This document shows positions 36,316 to 48,843 of a stretch of DNA of 63,833 bases, piece after piece. The stretch is from the NCBI GenBank assembly GCA_028534125.1, contig CM052817.1:106394001-106457833 (forward strand). The letters run 5' to 3'. The notes beneath the pieces were generated by a model, which was given only the letters and a program-made list of their open reading frames with translations, was not told the origin of the DNA and did no database searches. Origin of the DNA: Lama glama (Eukaryota). The position numbers and the translations under genes were made by a program. Every line of letters begins with the position of its first letter. Positions within the stretch are counted from its first letter, which is position 1.

Positions 36316-39300
36316 ACTCAGATCTGTGTGATTCAGGAGGAATAAGATAATTAAATTGGATTTTTTTTTCAAAAAGATTTCAGCCACAGAAGAGACTGTC
36401 TGTGAAGGAAGACTCCAGTCCAGTGTGACAATATACAGACTGTGACTGAGACATACTTATATCCATCAGACAGAGGAAGTTGCGTGGAGTCCATTTACCA
36501 GAACTTGAAGGGTCCATTAGGCAGTTTAAAGTGTCTAGGAGCAGGATAAACAGGCTTCCCTGGTTGTACTTTGGACAAATGGGACAAGGGAAGTAGGCAT
36601 TTTTCACAGCCTTATTAACATTTCCCCTCCATGTTTCTTCCACAACGTTCCAAAATCACAAGCTATTCTGAAAGCAGATCTACTATCTGTGTAAATACTG
36701 GTAGTTTAGCACACCAAGTGCAAGCCTGTGTATGAGCATATAATTCAGCCTGTTGGGCCAAAGTAGCCGTAGGTAAAGATGCTGCCTTCACAGCATCAAA
36801 AGGCATTGCAATAGCATCATTGCCTTTTAAGTAAGAACCAATGATGAACCGTGAGAAGTTGGCATTGCCCAAAGGAATCTCCCGCAGATCATTGTGAGGA
36901 GTCAGGAGGTGACCCGTCAGCACTGAGCAGTTGAGAAGGACTTCAGCAGTGATGGGGAAGAAAAAAAGGATATTAGGGTTACAGTTACTATGTAAAAGAG
37001 TTATCTGAGGAGCAGTTAGTGAAAGGACTTCTTAGGAGGTGCGGTGGTTGACTGAAAATTGTTGAGAGTTATGAGAAATTCAGGAAGACTTCTACTGCAT
37101 GAAATACAAAAATGGCCACAGGGAATCCCACACTAATCTTCTTGGTGACTTTAAGCAAAAGGATGATGGCTCTAAGGCAAGGGAAATTTTCTCCTGTCAC
37201 TGGGTCCAGTTATTGGCTATAATACTCAATGAGTGGATGGTGGTCCCCACCTTCTTGAGTGAATACCCCAAGGACATCCCCCCTTTTCATACATGAAAAG
37301 GAAAAAGAGAATCATAATTCAGAAGCCCAAAGGCAGATGGTTTCATCAAACTCTCCCTTAAGACCTCAAAGGCTATGTTGTCCTGTTCTTCCTACAAAAC
37401 TGAGTTGGGGTTGTGGTTGTTGAATAAAACATATAGAGGTTTGACTATAAAAGAGAAATATGGAATTCAATTTTGGCAATAACCAACAAGTCTGAGAAAA
37501 ACTCCCAGCTACAACTTACTTTTGAGTTTTGGGAAACTTAGAACATCGTGAATTTGATGTGGCTCTGGGTGTAGCCCTTGTTCTGACATCAAATGCCCTA
37601 AATATCAAACGTGGGTTTGAACAAATTGCAATTTTTTTCCCAGGTGACTTCATGTCCCTTTAAGGCTAAAAGCTTTAACAAGTAGATGCTGTTTTCCTGT
37701 GAGGAGGCTTGAGAAGGAGAGAAAAGAACCAAATCATCCACATATTGCAGCAAAGGAGAACCCCTAGGGAACTCTATACCACCCAGATCAGCCTGCAGGA
37801 TTTATGAGAAATAAGAAGGACTCTCAGTAAATCCCTGAGGCATTACTATCAAGGTAGATTGGTTTTCTTCCCAAGTGAAGGCAAAAAGGTATTGGCTAAC
37901 TTCATCAACTAAACCACTGAAGAAGGTGCTGCATGAAACAATTACTGTAAGTAATTTGCTTCCAGTGGGAATGGATTTTAGGAGGGTATGAGATTAGGAG
38001 CAGTAGGTTGTCCAGGAATAACAATGTTGTTTACTGCTCAGAGGTCCTGGACAAACCTCCAATCTCAGCCTTCAGCTTTTCTCACTGGTGAAACGGGAGC
38101 GCGACAGGGATTTGTAAAAGGGATAATGAAGCCTTGAACCTCCTAATCTCCTATTACAGTCTTTTTATCTTCTTCTTTAATTACAGGATATTGATTAATT
38201 CTGGGGAGAAATTGTGATTAATTCTGGGGAGAGATCTATTTGAATCTGATGGGTGGTGCTGTGAGTTTTTCTGTTATTAGTTGGAGATTTTGCCCATATG
38301 GAGGTTGGGAGCAGATTCAATTGGCAAAGGATCAGTATTTCCACAATCACCTCTAGTATCATCAGAGACAGAACTAGTAAAAGATGACAAGGGATCATTT
38401 ATTTCACCTTGTTGGCTGCTTTGATGACCACTGTCCAATTCTAGAATCATTTCCCCCTTTTGGGAGGGAAAAATTCTGGCATGATACTATTCCCGCCTAA
38501 TAAATGGATAGATGTGGAGGAACTCAGGAGGAAAGAGTGAGTACCTCTCAAAGGGGCTAAGCAAACAGGGAGAGTTTCAGAGAGGAACCTCTTGAAGTTC
38601 GTTACAGATTTCCCAGTATTTGAACTGTTTCAGTACTTCAAAACAGGAACTGTTTTATGTCAGTGGAGTTGAGCATCAAGAGTATGGCTCTAGTGTCAAT
38701 TAGGACTGGGAGAGATTCGTCCCTAATCTGGAGAAATGTTTCTCCAAGCCAATTAAGAGCAGAGAGTGGAAAGAGCCCCTTTAGTTGCTCAGAATCCCAT
38801 CACTGAGAATTGAGAGTAGTTTGGCAAGTCCAGTTAGAGGGGTGAAGATGCCTAAAGCACTTAACTTTGTAACAAGCTCTTCTCCAAAGTTGACTCTTTG
38901 CAATAATAGCAGAAACTAGAAGGGCTTTTGTTTTATTGGGAGATTTTCCTTTGCTAGAGTTGAAGATTAAGAATTTTTGATGGTTTTCCTTTGAGGTGAC
39001 TCATCTAGATTATGGTTATAAATCTGGAGTGGACATAATTTCACATTCCTTCCTGGTCCCTTTTACTAGAAAGAAAAAGTCTGAAGGAAGGCCAGAATTT
39101 TCTTTAATAATAATCTGAAGTTGACTATAATAATTATGAACAGATTTCATCAGATTTTTGTGTGCAAACCTGAATTTTGTTCCAATTAACAAGCTTTGGA
39201 AAAGCCCTAGGAATTTGCTCTGTGAAGTCGCCTAGCACTTACCTGAGCCTGCTCATATAATAAGTTAGTGGCTGGTCTTCCAGGCGTAATTCTAGAGACC

Positions 39301-40649
39301 TGCCAGGACTTTCCAAATTAGTGGGTTTCATCCAATGCTGGGTCTGGCCTTCACTGACAAGCATATGAACTCACTGATATAAGTCAGAGAAATCAGATTG
39401 ATAATTTGAATGACTATATTAAATTCCTCAGCAAATCTGTGAGAATCTTGGGTTACTTTGGGAAAATCTGTGGTTCACAGTTCAGCCTTAGTCCAGGGAA
39501 TATGAGAAATAAAGTGTTTATACTCTGGATCCTCAGAATGCTTAATTTTAAATGAACATATCCTACTAGGTTTAGAGGAAAAAGGGGTTGAGATGAGTTT
39601 CAAAGAAAGAGGAAAATTTGGTGAGAGAATTATTAGTATGGGGGAACTTTGGGTATAGAGGAGGTGTAGTCTGCAGAGAAGGGAAGGAGGAAATGGGTGT
39701 CGAGGTGGGGCCGGAGACAAAGGTGCTGGGGAAGAAAAGCCTGAGGCTCTAGAAGCCATCTTTTCTTTCTTTAATTTTTTTTTTTTGCCTCAGTTAATCA
39801 TAGAGTCTTATTTTTAGGAGTGAAAATTCTAGGCTTCTGAAATCATTGAAAGGCGTCAAAATACCAATTGAAATAGGTACTTCATTCAACTTGGGAAATT
39901 TTAGATCAATGGTAGAACAATTGGTTTTTAAAAAAGTAAGTTTGGGGATTTCAAAAATTCCTTTTATGGCCACTGAGTCCAAATTGCCTCTGATTAAGTC
40001 TGGCTATTTAGTTAGGAATGTATATGAGGAAAAGCCACTGTTGTTAAATATAAAATTAGCTGGAACTCCTGTAGGTGGGAACTACTCAAAATATTTTGCT
40101 AACTGGTATCCTATTTTCAAGGCTTTTCTCTAGATTAAAATACTAATTTTCCAACAACCTAAATAGCATGCAACTCAAACAGCAATCCACAGGTCTAGTA
40201 CCAGCCAGTTCTAAGGGGACAGTCTGGTTCTGAAGGGGCCAGGCTAAAGACTGCTCAGCACAGCTTTAAGGGAGCAGCTTAATTCTGAAGGAATCAGGCC
40301 AAGGGCTTAATGGTACAGCTCCAATGAAACAACCCCTGTTCCTGAAAGAATGGGCTAGAGTCTTGCAAGTTTCAGTCGGAACACCCTGATTTCAAAAGTC
40401 AGACGAAGGTGCCAAATGAGTACTAGAAGACAGAACAAGGCTTTAAACAAAAAGGATAAAACCTTAAAAAATGATCTAAATTGATCCCAAGTAAAACCTG
40501 GTGAGCTTCAAAATGCAAAGAATGTGGAAGCTCAAAATCAGAGGAAGGACTTATTTACCTTAAAACCCCAGGGTCACTGAGAAAAGCAATGAGTGACAAT
40601 GGGCTCTATGTGACCACTGCACCTGTGTGCTCAGCAGCTTTGGAATAAC

Positions 40650-41213
40650 TGTTACCAGAGCATAGGTTCTTGTCTCGCACAGGAAATAATTCAAAAGTAA
40701 ACCATAGTAAAGTGGGAGCAAGTTTATTTAGAGAGGTACACATTCTGCACAGAACGCAGTCTGTCTCAGAAGGGAGAGTGGCCCCAGAGCACAGGGTCAT
40801 CAGAAAAGTAAGAGCAGCCCTAGGAGGTACACATTCCATAGTGAAGTAAAAGTAGATTTATTCCGGGAGATAACAAACTCCACAGACAGAGCACAGTTCA
40901 TCTCTGAAGGGAGAGTGGCCACAGGAGGTCAACATTCCAACTATTTGGGGGAAGGAATCGGGATTTCCAGGAATCGGGCCCCTGACCACTTTTTGGTCCA
41001 TTGTGGTCAGCCTAGGAACAGTCATGGAGCCTGTGGGTGTGTGACTTATCAGCAATTTTATTACAATGAGCATATAATGAGACTCAAGGTCCTCTGGAAG
41101 TTGAATCTTCTGCCATCTTGTGCTGAGTTGATTCTAACCAGTTTTTGTCCTATCCTCAGTGGCCGCGTCATTCTTTTAATAGTTGTGCCCTGCCCCCCAC
41201 CCCTCCTGCCTCC
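40650..41213 (-). mobile_element. MER41-like solo LTR inserted in the proviral leader
   Basis: Minus strand begins gaggcaggagggg..ggcagggcacaac and ends ggtaaca; acacccacaggctccatgactgttcctaggctgaccaca block shared with the 62738 LTR; internal duplication gives two AATAAA. Confidence 0.88.
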
Positions 41214-41233
41214 TCATCAGGGTCTTCTCTGGA

Positions 41234-41251
41234 TCCCCATACAGGTCACCA
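41234..41251 (-). promoter_or_regulatory. Retroviral primer-binding site, tRNA-Ile type
   Basis: TGGTGACCTGTATGGGGA versus TGGTGGCCCGTACGGGGA (complement of tRNA-Ile(AAT) 3' end): 15/18, all transitions; 3 nt from the LTR end. Confidence 0.8.
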
Positions 41252-41254
41252 TAA

Positions 41255-41600
41255 TGTTTATTTAAAGCAAATAGACTGTAGACTGCCAGTTGTTTCTACA
41301 CACCCATACGCACACACACACGCAATGGGTTTATTTGAGATCAAAAAAACTTGCAACTTGGGCTCTGCAACCATGGCGAGGCACATGTAGGTCCCCCTGT
41401 AGCAAAGGAAGGAGAGTGCTTTTTCACTGGGGAAAAGAAGTGGGAAGGGTTATAGTAAACAGAGTCCATGGTTTTTGCTCGGCTGCATCCTTGCCAGGAA
41501 AGAAATCTTTCTTCTTCCTGTTGGGCTCTGATATTACTATAGGGTGGCAGAGAACTCCCTTCTGGCCACCTGACTCTGTTTTAATTTATTAATTTTTAGA
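41255..41600 (-). mobile_element. 5' LTR of the minus-strand ERV1 provirus
   Basis: Ends ...aaaca just before the PBS; minus-strand AATAAA at 41335-41330; outer boundary approximate. Confidence 0.75.
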
Positions 41601-41937
41601 ATGCTTACTCACCCACTGTGGAAAGTTATTATATTAATATTATTAGTGACTGAAATTTTCAGGTATGACAACATGACACTAAATTGTAACCAAAAACTAA
41701 GGTAACCTCTATATTTACAAAATTGGACTCAAGGAGTCTTTGACTTGATAAATGACAAGATTAAGGAGCTACTGTGCAATACAGAGATATTGTGATCATA
41801 TTTTTAAAACAATTGATTTTTGAATAAAGATAGATACCTACGCATTTATAGATGAAATTATAATCCTACTGAAGAAGGAGGTGTGTGGACGGTATAAAGA
41901 AACAAAATTGGCTGTAAGTTGATAATTGTTGAAAAAT

Positions 41938-42354
41938 TGTAGAACTTGCCTTCAGCCTTCTCCTGAGTTGACTTGTTTCTGTGATACAGCTTCCTGCATG
42001 TTTACAGCTTTGCACCCTAAGTGCAAGTCTTTCTTCTTCTCAGCCTCAGGGATTTCTCCCACCAGAATTGTGTGGAGATAATGACTTTAAGAACTACCCT
42101 CAACCAAACAATGAGAGATGGGAGTATGTGAATAAATGCCACAGCCTCCCCAAACAGACTTCTGAGGGAGTCCCAGTGGGGTGGTCAGTAGTCTAGAACA
42201 GTGACTCACATTTTATACACTCCTTCTTAGTGTTATTTCCTCCCTGATTTTTCCTAGATCCTTCATTTTCTAGATCTACATCATCTCCCAAACAAACCAC
42301 CTGTATTTAAGGACTTTTTGGAGGATCTGCTTTGGAGGTACTCAATTTAATATA
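41938..42354 (+). mobile_element. LTR16-like ERVL LTR
   Basis: ctaccctcaaccaaacaatgagagatgggagtatgtgaataaatgccacagcctccc and 3' catctcccaaacaaaccacctgtattt...tctgctttggaggtactcaatttaa. Confidence 0.75.
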
Positions 42355-44010
42355 ATTCAGATGTCATTTGGAAAGCAGACACTCCAAATGGGATTCTGGA
42401 TCAGTTACTGGTCAGAGGTCAGAAAAGACCCCATTGCTAATGATAAATGTGATGGTAATATGTCATGATACAGTATCACAATTACTAAGACTCTCATCTT
42501 TCATAAATGAGATAAGATGCAGGTAAAATGGGAAGCATTGGCTGGGGAAGTACCTGTTGTACTTGAAAAATATGAGAGCAAAAAATAACCTTAATGGTTT
42601 TGGAGGTGCCTTAGCAATTTTGAAGGAAAATGAAAAGCTCACATCAGATAATTATCATCTCAGGGAATGTTGTAAAAGCCAGATGTCCCACACAGAGACA
42701 TTCAAAGAGATTGTTTGTTGTGAAGAATTTAGGCCCAGAATTTGATCATAAGTGTAACAAAATTACAAGGAAGAATGAATGCAAAGAGGCAGATCATCCG
42801 TATGAATGTTCCAGGTCCCAGGTAGGGAAAAAATAGGAAACTGAGGGTTGAAATAGGGACCCTTAAACCCTCTGGTCCAGAAGAAGAGCTCCAGTTAGAG
42901 GAGAGAAGATTTTATCTGGAGAACATGCAAAGTTCTCATCTGAGATGAATGCCTCATGACAATGCTTAACCTCCTCACAGTCTGTCCTCTCTTAACTTTG
43001 ATTTCCTCTAGCCAGTAACTAGGGTCAAGACTCAGGATGGACCATGCAGGGAAATATAGCAGAAGGAAATGTATTGTTTATAGAAAAAGCTGAAAGTTCC
43101 TGGTTGATATAAACCAACAGAAATTTAAAGAAATGATATGGGAGTCAATCTTGAGTATATTGGATGCCAGTACTGAGATGTAGAATGAAATGACTGGATT
43201 GGGAAGAGTTTATTGATATAGTGACACTTTCCTATAACTCAGAATACGACTTCCCAGCACAGACACATGAGATTGAGCATAACGTCCTGAGGGGATGTGT
43301 CCTTGAAAGTTGATAATGATAACAGTTTTAGTAAATGAGATAGAGACACCAAAATCGCTTCTCATAGAGTATTCAATAAGGAATTAGTAAACTCATCGAT
43401 TTGAGCAAGTTAGGAAAGATTTATTGGGGGAGACCAAAGACCAGCAACTCACTCCATCCTCCAGAAGGGTCAGAAGACAATTGTGTTGCTAAAGCAGTAA
43501 GAACAGTGCCCTCGAGAGAACGTTTCATGAGAAGCTTGCTAGTGGTCTCTCTCCCAAGTCCAGGATTGAAAAATAGAAGATGGTGCCTTGGGGCCCACTG
43601 ACCATGGGATGATGGGACTATAGAGGATCAGAGGTGAGATGGCGATACTTAACCAACATGATTTCTCCATAGTTATTTAAATGGGGAGCCAGATTACAGG
43701 GGTAACAAAGGGCTTTGACCCATAGGTACTTGTGGTAGTGGGAAATAAACTACAGTGCTCCGAAGGGTGAAACATAAGAACAGGCAGCAAAAACAGTTCA
43801 GATTTAAACAAAGCTCAAGAACCGAAGGCAGGCGTCAGCCACTGCCAAAGGAAACCGTGAGAGCTTTCTCCCAGTGTCTAGATCTGAGCCATTTCTCTGA
43901 CCTGGAACTCGTCAGGAAGAGGCAGGGAATCTTGCAGGGGGTGTCCCTGCTACAGCACAGCAGGCATGTCACTTTGCCTGATTCTTTGCACAGAGGGACC
44001 TTTAGATATC
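42355..44010 (+). mobile_element. ERVL internal region (ERV3-16A3-like gag remnant) following the LTR16-like LTR
   Basis: atgggattctggatcagttactgg...gaccccattgct gag-like start; ttctcccagtgtctagatctgagccatttctctgacc and cagagggacc near its end; heavily decayed. Confidence 0.7.
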
Positions 44011-45649
44011 TTCTCCAGATTTTGCTTTGTATTTTTAGTCTTTTGAGGTATCTAAACTCATATATACTTTTAAAAAAATCATAGGATATGCTTTAAGTGG
44101 AAATAAAAATATATTTTAATGTATAAACTCAATTTTGTAAAACAACTTTTTTAAAGCAGGAATATATGTCACATCTGGATGGTCAGATAACTTTATGTAC
44201 ATTTTCTTCTTTGTAAACGTGTTCTCATTCTAATAGCTGTCCTACAAAGGTGGTGCATTATCTTTTTACATTGTATTGGCAAGTGTCAACATGCAAATCT
44301 ACCCTCGGCTGCTTTGCCATGAGGAAAACAGAGTCTCAGAGCCATTTCCAGAACTGACTCCCAGGTTTGGAAACAAACGCTGAAAATCTAGCCAATGAAG
44401 AGTAATAATACCATGGAAAAATGGAGAAGTAGACTTTCTCTGGAAGCAGCTAGCCAACTTTCTTTGGCATTAGAATTGGAAGCCAGAGAACAAAACTCTG
44501 GTCTAGCTGGCCATTTTAAAGGTTTGTAAAGATTTTTTTTTTAACTCTTTGAAAACATACATGAACTGAAACATTGTCATTTGGCGGGGAGAGCAAACAC
44601 TGCCCTTCTCTATTCATTCCTTACTTTGCTAGAATGTTCAGTTGACACAATCAAGAGAACAAATGCTTACACAACATTAGCCATGTACCCACCAATTTTT
44701 AAGGCTGTTTACAGAAACTAATTAATTTTATTTTCTGATTTAATTAATAGCAGGGATTTTTTTTTTCAGACCAGAAGGTAGTGAGTCTAACACTAGATTA
44801 TCTCTGCCTGCCCCATAAACATCATGGCCAAGATTTCTCATTCTTTCAGCCTGTAAATGAGGCACTTTGAATGTATACAGACACTAAATTATTATAGTCT
44901 TTGATCACAATCTATGTAGTAACAGATGTTGACTGCAAATTATAGCCTTTACTTTCTTTATTGCAACCACTCACACATCTCTAATTACTGTCATATTATG
45001 TGTCTGTGAGCTCTCTCATATACATGAGCTATCCCAACCACTAGACTTCCAAACCTGATCATTAGCCTGTATTCCATTTTTTTGAGGTGACTTCTTAAGG
45101 CCTTCCATGTTTTTATCTACCTAATCATGACATGTGACATTTCCTGTCATGACTTAACACGAATTCTGTCCCCAGATACAAAGAATATTTTAATCAAGAT
45201 CTAGAAGTATTTCTTTAGCAACTTGTCATGCTAGAATTATAGATCTAACTTTTTTCCTATTCAGTATCTATTAATATAGCTGTTATACTATGTTATAATA
45301 TAGGTAAAATTTAAGAATCTATGGTTACCCAAGCAGTCTTCCAGAATATTTGGTGCATAACAGTGAATTCTCATTGACCACAGGTCCATTTTAGCTTCTC
45401 ATTGGAAGGTCAGGTAAGAGAAAAACTGTCTTAGTAATGGGTCCATACTTATCAGGAAATCCTAAATTAAGAGGAGAGAAATGGGACCAATGGAATAAAA
45501 GTTACCCACATGATCCTTGATTTCTCATGTACATTAATTGTGTGTCATCTCTTCATAACATACACACAATCAATAAATCTTATCTCACAAGATTGTAATT
45601 GGAGTTTATGTAGCTATCTGAGGCTGGGGACCTGTTAAATTGCATCTTC

Positions 45650-47596
45650 GTCTCTTCAATAAATGGTGTTGGGAAAACTGGGTATCCACATGCAAAAAGA
45701 ATGAAATCTTACACCATAAACAAAAATCACCTCAAAATGGATTAAATATTTAAACATAAGACTTGGAACTGGAAAACTTCTAGAAGAAAATATACAGAAA
45801 AAAGTCTTCTTGACTTTAGCTTTGGTAATAATTTCTTGGATAACAAAAGAAAAACAGATTAAAGGGATTACATCAAACTAAAAAGCACAACAAAAGAAAC
45901 AATCTACAAAGTAAAAAGACAATTACTGAATGAAAGTATTTGCAAACCGTCTATCTGACAAAGAGTTAATATCCAATATACTGAAGGATCTCATACAACT
46001 CAACAGCAAAACAGACAAACAAAAACCCAAATAACATGCTTAAAAAAATGAGCAAAGAACTAAATAAACATTTCTCCAAAGAAAACATTCAAAGAGTCAT
46101 CAGGGGTATGAAATGAAATGCAAATCAAAACCATGATGACATGTTACCTTACACCTGTAGAATGGCTGCTATCAAAAAGGCAAAAGATAAGTGTTGCTGA
46201 CAGTGTGGACAAAAGGAAACACTGGTGCCTTGTTGGCTGGAATGTATATTGGTACCACCACTATGAAAAACAGTGTGGAGTTTCCTCAGTGTTGAACAAA
46301 ACACCATGCACCAGTCATCAAGGCCAGGGGAGGACTCCATGGAAGACAGCAAAGATCATGACTAAGCCTGCTACAGGAGTACAAGTCCAAGCATTTCTGA
46401 CCACTGCATCTTGGTATTAGAGTCACCAAAACAAACAAACAAACACACATACACACAAAACAGTGGAGCATTAGCTGGAACAAGGCTCTAATTCACACAG
46501 AAAGAGACAGAGCAAGATCAACTCCGAAAGTGTCCATCGGCTCCCCATGGCTATTGGGTGTGGCAGGTGACCGAGGACAACTGGTCTACATGCCACAGTA
46601 AAAGGACTTCCCTCTCCCTTCCTACCATGAAGTCTGAAATACTGAAAGCTTGGGCATGCCCGTGGGCCACTGATGCACACTCTTACAATGAATAAGAGAG
46701 TACAATGAGTCAGAACAGGGAAAGCTATTTCCACATAAAGCAAAGCAATAATTCTGGTAAATGCCGTGTGGGACCTGTATCTCTGGCTTAGGAAGCATTC
46801 CAGGCCCAACGCTCATTCTCATGTGGTTGAGCTGGAGCAGAAAGGCTGCACACAATGAAATTACGTTTCCCAACACTCAAAAAATTAGAAGCAGAACTAT
46901 CATACACTTCAGAAATCCCACGTCTGTGTGTATTTGCAAAGACATTGAAATCAAGACCTTGAAGAGATACCTGCACTCCCATGTTCACTGCTGCCTTATT
47001 CACAATAGCCAAGACACAGAAGCTACCTTAACATCCACTGGTGGACGGATGGATAAAGAAAATGTGGTATTTGCATGTAACAGGTTATTATTCAACCTGC
47101 AAAAGGAAGGAAATCCTGCCATTTGTGACACTCTGGATGACCCTGGATGCTGAGTGAAAAAAGTCAGATGCAAGGGAACAAATTCTACATAATCCCACTT
47201 ACATGAGGTATCTCAAATGGTCAATCTCATAGAAGCGGAGAGTAGAATGGTGGTTCCCGAGGTGGGCTGCAGGGGAAGGGGAGATGAGGAGGGCTGGTCA
47301 AAAGGTACAAAGTTTCAATTATATGAGCATAGCATTTATGGCTAACAATACTGTCCTGTAAGCTTTTAAATCTGCTAAGATGGTATATCTTATGTTAGAT
47401 GCTCTGATTCTATAAAAGCAAATAAATAAAGAGGGCAGAGGAAACTTTTGGAAGTAATAGCCTGGTTTATGGCAATGACAGTGATGATGATTTCATAGCT
47501 GTATACTTACCTCCAAACCCATCAGATTGTATCCATTAAGTATGGGCAGTCTTTTACATGTCAATCGTACTTCAAAAGAGTGGTTTGGAAGCAAAA
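45650..47596 (+). mobile_element. L1MA/L1MB-type LINE: ORF2 3' part and 3' UTR, interrupted by an LTR
   Basis: gtctcttcaataaatggtgttgggaaaactgg; MQIKTMMTCYLTPV; cccatgttcactgctgccttattcacaatagccaaga; 3' end ggaaacttttggaag...tcaatcgtacttcaa. Confidence 0.92.
46290..46875 (-). mobile_element. MER74-like ERVL solo LTR nested in L1
   Basis: TGTTG...CAACA termini, 5-bp TSD ctcag/ctcaa, L1 resumes without loss; minus strand cacggcatttaccagaattattgctttgcttta recalls MER74. Confidence 0.85.
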
Positions 47597-47880
47597 ACGA
47601 AACACTATGCTGGCTGGTACATACAAGGAACTGAACAAGAGCTGAATACATAGACAAAATTCCAAGCCAGAGACTAAGGCCAGTAATCCAGAAACGAGTG
47701 ACCTAAAAATAAACGATGTAAGAAATAGGACTTGAAAAATAAGACAAAAGGTAGAAAATCAAGGTAAAGGATTACATTTCCATGTAGAGGAAAGCAAGAA
47801 GTAAAAGTTTAGCAATCCAGTAACAAGCAAATAATAGGAAAAGCCTATGCAGATACTAACTTTAAAAAGTAAACACTGAG

Positions 47881-47984
47881 TTTTTGTTATTGTTGTTTTG
47901 TTTTTAATGGAGGTGCTGGGGATTGAACCCAGGACCTGGTGTATGCTAAGCATGTGCTCTACCACTGAGCTAGACCCAACCCCT
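47881..47984 (-). mobile_element. tRNA-Ala-derived SINE (Vic-1-like), short form
   Basis: tggaggtgctggggattgaacccaggacctggtgtatgctaagcatgtgctctaccactgagcta. Confidence 0.95.
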
Positions 47985-47989
47985 CACCT

Positions 47990-48430
47990 TTGCAATTTGC
48001 AGCAACATGGATGGACCTAGAGATCATCATACTAAGTGAAGTAAATTATAAAGAGAAAGAAAAACAACATATGATTTCACTTACATGTGGAATCTGAAAA
48101 AAAAGGACATCAGTGAACTTATCTACAAAACAAGGCAGATTCACAGACAACTCACAGACAGAAAACAAACTTATGGTTATGGGGGCAGGGAAGGCATGAG
48201 GAGGGATAAATTGGGAGTTCAAGATTTGTAATACTAACTACTACATATAAAAGAAACAACAAGGTCCTACTGTATAGCATAGGGAACCATATATTCAATA
48301 ACTTGCAATGGCCTGTAATGAAAAATAATATAAAAAGGCATATGTACATATATATACATATAACTGAATCACTCTAATGTACACCAGAAATTAACACAAT
48401 ATTGTAAATTGACTATCCTTCAATAAAAAA
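47990..48430 (+). mobile_element. 5'-truncated artiodactyl-type L1 3' end
   Basis: atttgcagcaacatggatggacctagagatcatcatactaagtgaagtaa, 3' UTR, caataaaaaa. Confidence 0.93.
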
Positions 48431-48557
48431 GGCTAACAAAAATAGCTCTTTTGTGGTATGATGAAAATGGCCCAGGTTTTATTAAATAATTGTGAAATAC
48501 AAAGAATGAGAACATTTATATTTTACAAAAGCAGCATAAAGAGTATCCTTTAAATCC

Positions 48558-48645
48558 ACAGTTCTGCCATTAATTTTCTCTTTGATTTAGGGGCAGTCCT
48601 TCAATCTCTCTGTGCCTCAGTTTTCACATTCATGAGAGAGTTAAA
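48558..48645 (+). mobile_element. MIR core fragment
   Basis: ggcagtccttcaatctctctgtgcctcagttttcacatt. Confidence 0.7.
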
Positions 48646-48712
48646 GTGGCCATTAATGTTTCCCCTGAGACATAAATGCAGTGATATCAGCCGTACTAAA
48701 CTATCATTACAT

Positions 48713-48843
48713 GGAGAGGAAAGTATAGCTTAGTGGTAGAGCATGTGCTTAGCGTGCATGAGGTCCTGGGTTCAATCCCCAGTACCTCCATTAAAAAATA
48801 AATAAAAACTAATTAACCCCCCCAAAATTGTTAATAAATAAAA
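48713..48843 (+). mobile_element. tRNA-Ala-derived SINE (Vic-1-like)
   Basis: gtatagcttagtggtagagcatgtgcttagcgtgcatgaggtcctgggttcaatccccagtacctcca plus A-rich tail; degenerate TSD ending ttacat. Confidence 0.95.

Larger units (their letters stand above)
36330..41251 (-). mobile_element. ERV1 provirus internal region: PBS, leader, decayed gag-pro-pol, truncated in integrase
   Basis: Minus strand: gag start near 40114 (ATG decayed to ATA), CYYCK knuckle near 38900, protease LIDTRA near 38690, RT MPQGFTESP near 37830 and LQYVDD (37744-37733), RNase H AQQAELYA, integrase CPICPKYN; numerous stops. Confidence 0.93.

Noticed and set aside
36380..40114. Intact or domesticated gag-pol
   Set aside because: YVDD survives, but the frames are broken by many stops and frameshifts, the gag ATG is lost and protease DTG reads DTR
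46118..47153. Cluster of overlapping ORFs
   Set aside because: Explained by L1 ORF2 remnants and the GC-richer MER74-like LTR
48713..48790. Functional tRNA-Ala gene (also 6064 and 59614)
   Set aside because: A-rich tails, TSDs, CpG decay and a disrupted acceptor stem show these are SINE copies
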